Assembly (NCBI GenBank): GCA_030141605.1
Contig: JAQGDQ010001608.1
Location: 1-32,655 of the forward strand
Source: Tubiluchus corallicola
Taxonomy: Eukaryota; Animalia; Priapulida
Reading direction: 5' to 3'
DNA: 32,655 nucleotides
Positions 22,650 through 32,655 of the stretch are shown in pieces. The position numbers and the translations under genes were made by a program. How positions within the stretch are numbered: position 1 is the first letter of the stretch; every line of letters starts with the position of its first letter. The notes beneath the pieces are model-generated. The model saw nothing but the letters and a program-made list of their open reading frames with translations. It searched no databases and had not been told where the DNA came from.

Positions 22650-23288
22650 TCCTCTTTTCCTTCTTCCTGTCCCCAATCTTACTATTTTTTTCCATTCCAT
22701 CATGTCTACTAACCCTAACCATTCTTTCATTCACTCATCCTCCCCTCCCTCCTTCTTCCTATCCATAATCTTACTATTTTTTCCATTCCATCATGTCTAC
22801 TAACCCTAACCATTCTTTCATTCACTCATCCTCCCCTCCCTTCCTTCTTCCTATCCCCAATTTTACTATTTTTTTCCATTCCATCATGTCTACTAACCCT
22901 AACCATTCTTTCATTCACTCATCCTCCCCTCCCTCCTTCTTCCTATCCATAATCTTACTATTTTTTCCATTCCATCATGTCTACTAACCCTAACCATTCT
23001 TTCATTCACTCATCCTCCCCTCCCTCCTTCTTCCTATCCATAATCTTACTATTTTTTCCATTCCATCATGTCTACTAACCCTAACCATTCTTTCATTCAC
23101 TCATCCTCTCCTCTCTTCCTTCTTCATACCCCTAATCTTACTATTTTTTCCATTCCATCATGTCTACTAACCCTAACCATTCTTTTATTCACTCATCCTC
23201 TCCTCTCTTCCTTCTTCCTACCCCTAATCTTACTATTTTTTCCATTCCATCATGTCTACTGACCTTAACCATTCTTTCATTCACTCAT
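22650..23288. repeat. ~92-bp pyrimidine-rich tandem repeat, ~7 copies
   Basis: catgtctactaaccctaaccattc recurs at 91-93-bp spacing. Confidence 0.9.
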
Positions 23289-23586
23289 TTGTGCCACCTT
23301 AACAATCCAAGCTTTCAAGGTGTCATACAGCAACTCTTTTATTTGGTTAATTTGACTTCATCAACGTTTCTTTGCCTATACTGTTTCTTTTTGTTTCAAT
23401 AATATTGTATGTTATTGTATATGTATTGCTGGAGTGATATAAATTGATTGATTGATTATTGAAACTGGCATTATTTTGTAAATGACTTAAAGAAAGAAAT
23501 CATAAAGCCTGCTTATGATTGTGAGAAGGCGAAAGTGTATCGAGTAATACTTTGCTAACTTTAGTCATGGTTTTGTTGTCCTTGTC

Positions 23587-24149
<563 letters not shown>

Positions 24150-25300
24150 ATCCCAACAGAAAAAAGCTAAACTTTGCAGTTTTACCGTTTAAAGGTTAGT
24201 AGTAAAATCCAGTTACTTTGAGTTTTTTTGCAGTTCACTTAATTTATTGATTTTTACCAGTCCGCCTACGCATTTTTTGCCACAATTAGCGAGCGTTCTC
24301 TGTCCAGCTTTTTTGTGGGTGTTTAATAGTCCCTGTACGAATGCTCTGATTATTTTTTTGAACTTTATGCAATGTTAACTAAACTCGTTTCAAACGACTT
24401 ACCGTAAAATAGCTGGGCTTAATTTTACAAGTTTTACTAACGCAAGGTCTTTGCAGAATAGAACCACATGTATTTCATTTAAAATTTGAAAACGAATTTT
24501 TTAAGCTTTATCAAGGACAGGGCCAGATTATGACGTTTGGGACCACCGATCCATTCTCCACCGGCCAGTCTTATTGCTTAACTTCGGTCGCCAAGCATAT
24601 CTTCTGGCCTCAGAATTATGGTAGATACAATTTTGTTAATATTGACCAACAAAGATGAAAAACATTTTTGCGGTAACCCAATTTTCCCATTCCCCCAGTT
24701 CGTGGAAGATTCACACCTAGAACATTGAAGTTAAGAGCAGTGCCATTTTGTTGAAGAGAAATGAACATGATTGGTTTAATATCGGCGTCATACGGTCATT
24801 GATGACATAACAGGATGCAAGGCAACGATGTCTCCTAACAAGCGAAATAATCATATCCCATAACAACGCTCTCACAGATGTGTCTCGACCTTCAATGCGA
24901 CTAGACGTGTTATTATTTGTGAGACCCATCTTTTGTACAAGTGACTTTTTAAAGCTTTTTTCATTGCCTTTTTCTAGTGAAGTAATCTTGAACAACATCA
25001 AAGGTTACACTTTACTGTGCTTCTCGCACTGCTTTCTTTAAACTTCGTTTTATTCTGTTACTTTGAGTAAGTAATTTTCGTCTTGTCTTGTATTGCGTTT
25101 TACTGGTGACAGATACCAGCATCATTTCATTTAGATTTTCATTATAAATTAACGTGTCCGATTTTTTTGGAGATTTCGTTCTGTTTTAGGAGATGTTTTG
25201 TCACTTTTGTGGCAGTCTGCTACAGCTAAAGACAGGCTTCGTTATGAACTGGGTTCCACCACTGTGGCTTCCAGTCACGTGTTATTTGTGCCGAGTGACT

Positions 25301-25793
25301 TTAGTTGAGTTGAGGGCCAAGTTGAATTGCTAGTGAGTTGAGGACCAAGTTGAATTTTTAGTGAGTTGAGGACCAAGTTGAATTGTTTGTGAGTTGAGGA
25401 CCAAGTTGAATTTTTAGTGAGTTGAGGACCAAGTTGAATTTTTAGTGAGTTGAGGACCAAGTTGAATTGTTAGTTGAGTTGAGGACCAAGTTGAATTGTT
25501 AGTGAGTTGAGGACCAAGTTGAATTTTTAGTGAGTTGAAGACCAAGTTGAATTGTTTGTGAGTTGAGGACCAAGTTGAATTTTTAGTGAGTTGAGGACGA
25601 AGTTGAATTTTTAGTGAGTTGAGGACCAAGTTGAATTGTTTGTGAGTTGAGGACCAAGTTGAATTTTTAGTGAGTTGAAGACCAAGTTGAATTTTTAGTG
25701 AGTTGAGGACCAAGTTGAATTGTTAGTTGAGTTGAGGACCAAGTTGAATTTTTAGTGAGTTGAGGACCAAGTTGAATTGTTAGTGAGTTGAGG
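25301..25793. repeat. 28-bp minisatellite (agtgagttgaggaccaagttgaattKtt), ~17 copies
   Basis: Contiguous tandem units. Confidence 0.95.
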
Positions 25794-25933
25794 AGAGAGA
25801 GAGAAAGAGAGAGAGGGGGGGAGGAGGCAGTCTGTTCGCATAAAGCAAAAAAATGTTACCTCGGCATGAGGCCCCCTTGGAGGGTGAGGCCCTAGGCGGT
25901 TGCCTAGTTTGCCTATGCTTAAGGCCGACCCTG
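25793..25933. mobile_element. Second right end of the hAT-like MITE
   Basis: Near-identical to 24010-24149; followed by ccttgtc, which also precedes the left TIR at 23580-23586. Confidence 0.85.
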
Positions 25934-26130
25934 CCTTGTCTTACTGTTCACACTGGTAATTAGTCAATGCATTATATTGTTGCTCGAGTTTTATTCAAAT
26001 TTATCTGATTTCAGTTGATTCATTTTTGTATCACTGTATCACATCCTTTCCCATTTGTATTTCTAGAAAACGATTTATTTCTCAGAATCAAACCAACATT
26101 TTTTCATACATATGATGGATTGAAAACAAA

Positions 26131-26283
26131 TAGGGTAGACCGGGGAAAATAGATCACTTAAGGGTTTTCGCTCATAGAGTTCAAGACGTTTGGTCTGTAA
26201 CAATCAATTACATGTCCTATTCTTCCGTAGGAAACGCTGCCATATTCGTGTGGTAAAAACTTATAATTACTATTACTCGTTTA
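26131..26283 (+). mobile_element. Terminal fragment of a TA-flanked DNA transposon (second copy)
   Basis: ta|gggtagaccggggaaa.. is the reverse complement of 13197-13350. Confidence 0.6.
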
Positions 26284-27222
26284 ACAGATAATTATGAAAT
26301 ACGAAACCAGTATTAAACAAGGTGAATTATAAGTACCAAAGCCTAAATATATCAGTTCTTTTTCCCAGTGAAAATGTGGTAATTCGACAGCTGTATGAAC
26401 TAGCAAATTTGCGAGGTAAACTAATTACCACAGTTATCTCCAACAAAAGCAATTATTTCTGGACAGTACAGGTGTTGCAGCATGTACTGATGAGGACAGG
26501 TAGGCAGTAGCAAATACCACAATAGGACAGAGCCAGAACATGAAATGGAAATTTGAAAGGACAAAGCACATTGATGCTGTAAGCAACTGAAAAAAAATTG
26601 ATTTCGCAAAACTTGCAGTTTTGTTAACTAAGCACAAGGAACTCACAAGCAAACACGCTAAACATGGAGGAAATATGGAGCGGTTACCAGAACACTACAG
26701 TGAAAAACTTGTGGCAAAAGCCGAGGAATCATTGTGAACCTTCAACGTTCTTTTACAGTATGTCGTTGTGATGGTTTGTTAGGTTGTGACAAAGTTATAG
26801 AACTTAGTTATGAGTTTGTCCTGATAAGTTAAGAGTAGAATTATCACTTAATTGCAAGCAGTATGGAGAAGTAGTAATGTTAGAGGCAGTTATTAGGAAA
26901 GCAAAAAGTTTGGAAAGCATGAACAAAGACTAATACATGGATATAGAATCTCAACACACTGATGAGCAAGTAAAAATTAACAGCAAAAATACAGCTAGCT
27001 TTGACCAGAAATTTAGGCTAGGTATAGTAGACAGACTAATGATAGCCATGTGACCTGTGATTGTAGTTTTTGTAGAGCAAACGAGTTTGGTGTTAGATGG
27101 ACGAACAAAACAGGTTATGTTCCAATATGACTGTTATCGAAAATGTCAAAAACATGGTTCTCAAAAATGCACACGTCTAGACCCAAGCCAAACTGGGGAA
27201 TTCATAATTCTATTCTGTGAAT

Positions 27223-28678
27223 CAGACTATGGTCAGATCTTTTTTCCAGTCTATGGTCAGGTCTCTTCCCCAGACTATGGTCAGATCTTTTTTCCAGTCT
27301 ATGGTCAGAGCTCTTCCCCAGACTATGGTCAGATCTCTTCCCCAGTCTATGGTCAGGTCTGTTTTCCAGTCTATGGTCAGGTCTGTTTTCCAGTCAATGG
27401 TCAGGTCTGTTTTCCAGTCAATGGTCAGGTCTCTTCCCCAGACTATGGTCAGATCTCTTCCCCAGTCTATGGTCAGGTCTGTTTTCCAGTCTATGGTCAG
27501 GTCTCTTCCCCAGACTATGGTCAGATCTCTTCCCCAGTCTATGGTCAGGTCTGTTTTCCAGTCTATGGTCAGGTCTCTTCCCCAGGCTGTGGTCAGATCT
27601 CTTCCCCAGTCTATGGTCAGGTCTGTTTTCCAGTCTATGGTCAGGTCTCTTCCCCAGACTATGGTCAGATCTCTTCCCCAGTCTATGGTCAGGTCTGTTT
27701 TCCAGTCTATGGTCAGGTCTCTTCCCCAGACTATGGTCAGATCTCTTCCCCAGTCTATGGTCAGGTCTGTTTTCCAGTCTATGGTCAGGTCTCTTCCCCA
27801 GACTATGGTCAGGTCTCTTCCCCAGTCTATGGTCAGGTCTGTTTTTCAGACTATGGTCAGATCTCTTCCCCAGACTGTGGTTAGATCTGTTTTCCAGTCT
27901 ATGGTCAGTGCTCTTCCCCAGACTATGGTCAAATCTCTTCCCCAGACTATGGTCAAATCTCTTCCCCAGACTGTGGTTAGATCTCTTCCCCAGGCTGTGG
28001 TTAGATCTGTCCCCAGGCTGTGGTTAGATCTGTACTCCAGACTGTGGTTAGATCTCTTCCCCAGGCTGTGGTTAGATCTCTTCCCCAGGCTGTGGTTAGA
28101 TCTCTTCCCCAGGCTGTGGTTAGATCTCTTCCCCAGGCTGTGGTTAGATCTCTTCCCCACACTGTGGTTAGATCTCTTCCCCAGGCTGTGGTTAGATCTG
28201 TACTCCAGACTGTGGTTAGATCTGTACTCCAGACTGTGGTTAGATCTCTTCCCCAGACTGTGGTTAGATCTCTTCCCCAGGCTGTGGTTAGATCTCTTCC
28301 CCAGGCTGTGGTTAGATCTCTTCCCCAGGCTGTGGTTAGATCTCTTCCCCAGGCTGTGGTTAGATCTCTTCCCCAGGCTGTGGTTAGATCTGTACTCCAG
28401 ACTGTGGTTAGATCTGTACTCCAGACTGTGGTTAGATCTCTTCCCCAGGCTGTGGTTAGATCTCTTCCCCAGGCTGTGGTTAGATCTCTTCCCCAGGCTG
28501 TGGTTAGATCTGTACTCCAGACTGTGGTTAGATCTGTACTCCAGACTGTGGTTAGATCTCTTCCCCAGGCTGTGGTTAGATCTCTTCCCCAGGCTGTGGT
28601 TAGATCTCTTCCCCAGGCTGTGGTTAGATCTCTTCCCCAGGCTGTGGTTAGATCTGTACTCCAGACTACGATTAGACA
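27223..28678. repeat. 24-bp minisatellite, ~60 copies, two subfamilies
   Basis: ctatggtcagRtctcttccccagW units on the left; ctgtggttagatctcttccccagR units from ~27970. Confidence 0.95.
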
Positions 28679-29489
28679 CCAATAGAAATAGCTGAACCTA
28701 TTTATGTTTATTCTTATGCGTGCATTTTTCTTTTTGTGAATAGGTATCAGATTTGCTTAATTATCTCTAATGAAAATTTGAAGCAAAGAAGTTACATTTG
28801 TTCTAAATTTTTAATTTTTCGTAATTATAATTGCTAAGATGCAGGAGAAAAAGCTGAACAATTTTAATGAGTCAGATAGCTGGCCTGCACTTTGGCATTA
28901 TAACTGTGTCAATAGTGCAGACTGCTGAGACCTCATCTAATAAAATAAAAGATCTGCATCTCAAATACATTGCAGGTCAAGCGTTGGCCATCTCAGGAAG
29001 CCATTGCTGTAAAGGGCACCAAAAGATAAAGGCACTTGACATCGGGTAAGTTAAACAATTTGTATGTGCCAAGAATTGGTTATTCTCCATTGATGATTTT
29101 CTTATGCCACCTCACAGCTTTGGAACCATCATTTTTACATTTTAAATCTCAAATGAAAAACAATCTTATTTTCACATGCCATTAATAATTCGTGTTCTGT
29201 AAATTTTAGTTGTTTCTGTAATCTTGTGTGTTTTGTAAATTTTAGTTGTTTCTCTAATCTTGTGTAAAGACAGCCTCATGACAAGCCAGACTAATAAATT
29301 ATGTTATTATTATTACATTAATGCTAGGAGATTATGTTTTAGTAAAGCAGCAAAAGATCAACGAATGAACACCTTCATTTAAACCGACAGCATACACAAA
29401 CATAGGCTTGAAAGGTTCACAAATCACAGCCAACAGATTGACATGCAGTAGAGAACTCAGAAGAGATGCATCCCCAGTCAAGACATGAG

Positions 29490-29902
29490 CTCAACATGAG
29501 ATCATAAAATGCTCATATTTGACTCATAAGTATGAGGTCATATGGTAGTCAAAATCATGATGTCAGCTGAGCTCATAGTCTACTAATGTGTATGAGCTCA
29601 CAGAAACACATAATCATTAGGTCATAGTGAGCTCATAAAATGGTCATAATTATGATGTCAAACTGAGCTCATTATCTACTCATATGTATGACCTCACGGA
29701 AATACATAATCATTAGGTCATAGTGAGCTCATAAAGTGGTCATAATTATGCCGTGAGACTGAGCTTATAATCTACTTGTGCGTATGATGTCACAAAAGCA
29801 TCATGATCATGGGGTCAAAGTGAGCTCATAAAATGGTCATAATTATGATGTCAAACTGAGTGTATGACCTCATAGAAACACAATATATCATGAGGTCATA
29901 CT
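29490..29902. repeat. Degenerate ~95-bp tandem repeat, ~4 copies
   Basis: gagctcataaa.tggtcataattatg recurs at ~29630, 29724, 29822. Confidence 0.75.
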
Positions 29903-29979
29903 CTGCCAAAAAAACTGGATTTTTATGGATGGAGCAGAAATCAAATTCCGCTGGACATCGTCATAGACAAAAATTAAAA

Positions 29980-30053
29980 TGTGCAGTTATCCAAACTCAA
30001 ACTGGGCAGTTATCCAAACTCAAACTGTGCAGTTATCCAAACTCAAACTGGGC
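29980..30053. repeat. 23-bp tandem repeat, 3 copies
   Basis: tgKgcagttatccaaactcaaac. Confidence 0.85.
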
Positions 30054-30575
30054 AATATACACAGTACAGAAATTTCATGGTATAAGAGGTGATGCAAATA
30101 ATATTTACAATGAAATGAAACAATGTGTAGTTACTGCAGTACTTAAAACTCTATCTAACTTCTGTGATGTCATCGTTATGGTTATAAAATCTTTTGTTTA
30201 TCAGATAACATGCTTCCATAATAACAGCATGTATAAATTTGGTGTAGCTGTGTAATGTAATGTGTTTGTGTATTTTTTGCAGAGAACTTGAAGCAGCGGA
30301 CATACATCCTATCGGACATGAATTAATCGTCATGTACTGAAAAAGATGTATTAAAAACATTTCAGACACAAGATCTTGGAATGGCTGAAAACACGTCAAG
30401 AAAAAGAGAACGCAATACACAAGCACGCTATCTTCACGGTTAACATGGAAATGGGAAAACAGCGCGAAGTCTGTCCTTGCAAGGGAACTTGTAGGATGAA
30501 ATTTACAATAAATCATGTGTCGCATTACCAGCATTCACTCCGATATATGTTTTGTGATTTCTTGTAATTTGTGAT

Positions 30576-30927
30576 ATATAACAGACACATACACATATAT
30601 ATAACATATACGTATATATATACCCACACCCACACGCATATATATATACCCACACCCAAATGCATATATATATATATATATATATATATACCCACATCCA
30701 CGCACACACACATATATATATATATATATATACAATATATACATATATATATATATATACCCACACCCACACACATATATATATATATACCCGCATCCAC
30801 GCACACACACATATATATAATATATACATATATATATACCCACACCCACACACATATACATAATGTATACATATATATACCCACACCCACACACATATAT
30901 ATACCCACATCCACACACACATATATA

Positions 30928-30961
<34 letters not shown>

Positions 30962-31084
30962 CCACACCCATACACATATATATATACCCACACCCACATG
31001 CATATATATATATATACCCACATCCACGCACACACATATATATATATATAATATATACATATATATATACCCACACCCACACAC

Positions 31085-31115
<31 letters not shown>

Positions 31116-31421
31116 CCCACATCCACGCACACACATATATATATATATACCCACACCCACACACATATATATATATATACCCACATCCACGCACACACAT
31201 ATATATATATACCCACACCCACACACATATATATATATATACCCACATCCACGCACACACATATATATATATACCCACACCCATACACATATATACAACA
31301 TATACATATATATATATACCCACATCCACACACACACATATATATATAATATATACATATATATATACCCACACCCACACACAAATACATAATGTATACA
31401 TATATATATATACACACACAC
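30576..31421. repeat. Complex (TA)n-cccacaYccac-(AC)n satellite; left arm of a long inverted repeat
   Basis: 30817-31421 pairs with the reverse complement of 32051-32655. Confidence 0.9.
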
Positions 31422-31819
31422 AAAAGTATCACGCAAGTTGTCAGACAGCTCTTGAGCTGAAAATTCGCAATATTTACTGCATTTCTGTAGTTCTACAATA
31501 TATTCCGCAATGGACTCACCTTCACGCTGTTTTCTGTCACAGAGCCTTAGTCTCTCGGCTATCTTATTACGGCGTGGTTTATAATAATCTGATAATTTAT
31601 TTATCAGTTCCACATAAGTTATTGTATTCACCGGATCTGGCGTTACAAGAGAGGATACTAAGCTAAACACTTCCGGACCAATTAATGACAAGAAAACATC
31701 TACCTTCTGTTGGTCATTAATATTATTCGCTCTCATCCACGCTTCTAACCGCTGCTGGTAGTTACACCAATCTTCCTTACTGGAATTAAACTCGTTGACG
31801 GACCAATTAATGACAAGAA
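31422..31819 (-). mobile_element. Ty3/gypsy (Mag-type) gag N-terminal fragment
   Basis: EF..KEDW..YQQRLE..AN..IGPE..L..P..Y.EL..L..YKP..IAERLR..RKQREGESIAEY..L..CEF..LRDTFVC matches the retrotransposon gag pattern. It breaks into satellite at LRDTFVC; no pol or LTR seen. Confidence 0.85.
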
Positions 31820-32016
31820 TGGCATGTAAATCATCAATGGCATATTGAAGCTGTTCAGATTCAAAATCTGGATCATCACAAATTGCAGTAACACTATTTA
31901 TTGCTCTTGGCAACTGCTCATCAGCATTTTAGTATATATCCAATTGTTCTGAATTAACTTGTTCTACATCTGACATATTTACAAGATTAGTAATAGTACT
32001 TCCTGTTTCCAATCTG

Positions 32017-32356
32017 GGTATATATATGTATATATTATATATATGTGTGTGTGTGTGTGTATATATATATATGTATACATTATGTATTTGTGTGTGGGTG
32101 TGGGTATATATATATGTATATATTATATATATATGTGTGTGTGTGGATGTGGGTATATATATATATGTATATGTTGTATATATGTGTATGGGTGTGGGTA
32201 TATATATATATGTGTGTGCGTGGATGTGGGTATATATATATATATGTGTGTGGGTGTGGGTATATATATATATGTGTGTGCGTGGATGTGGGTATATATA
32301 TATATATGTGTGTGGGTGTGGGTATATATATATATATGTGTGTGCGTGGATGTGGG

Positions 32357-32387
<31 letters not shown>

Positions 32388-32510
32388 GTGTGTGGGTGTG
32401 GGTATATATATATGTATATATTATATATATATATATGTGTGTGCGTGGATGTGGGTATATATATATATATGCATGTGGGTGTGGGTATATATATATGTGT
32501 ATGGGTGTGG

Positions 32511-32544
<34 letters not shown>

Positions 32545-32655
32545 TATATATGTGTGTGTGGATGTGGGTATATATATGTGTGTGGGTGTGGGTATATATA
32601 TGTATACATTATGTATATGTGTGTGGGTGTGGGTATATATATATGTATATATTAT
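32017..32655. repeat. Inverted copy of the 30576-31421 satellite; right arm, runs off the window
   Basis: Same variant units in mirror order; ORFs 31085(+) and 32387(-) give the same translation for >110 codons. Confidence 0.9.

Noticed and set aside
22650-23288. Interstitial telomere (taaccctaacc)
   Set aside because: Under two telomere units per 92-bp monomer; not a telomeric array.
30282-30567. Exon-like coding fragments (also ~26590-26737, ~28840-29046)
   Set aside because: Splice-like signals are present, but frames contain stops/shifts and I recognise no domain; probably decayed TE sequence.
30503-31432. 270-460-aa Y/I/C/V/H-rich ORFs
   Set aside because: Satellite read-through; only the gag part beyond 31422 looks like real protein.

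Overview
AT-rich, repeat-dense eukaryotic (probably invertebrate) genomic DNA; nothing prokaryotic, no rRNA/tRNA or CRISPR seen. The core is a minus-strand tandem cluster of four copies (here A-D) of a two-exon gene. Each has a phase-1 intron and encodes a ~280-aa protein: signal peptide, Cys-capped N-terminus, ~6-7 irregular leucine-rich repeats, LRRCT cap (LxLxxN..CDC..W) and a GPI-type hydrophobic tail. C (15457-17599) and D (19827-20866) are intact. A (2471-4429) is divergent and has a 1-nt frameshift beside a homopolymer. B (9621-11177) has lost most of exon 1. C and D differ mostly within the LRR block, while the signal peptide and non-coding flanks are nearly identical. The duplicated unit also carries a TSD-flanked RTE fragment, a candidate Cys-rich terminal exon, a decayed plus-strand exon and several VNTRs. 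The right third is mobile and repetitive DNA: a composite hAT-like MITE, minisatellites, and a Ty3/gypsy gag fragment held between two long inverted arms built from (TA)/(CA)-rich satellite (foldback-like). All calls come from reading the sequence; no database searches were run.
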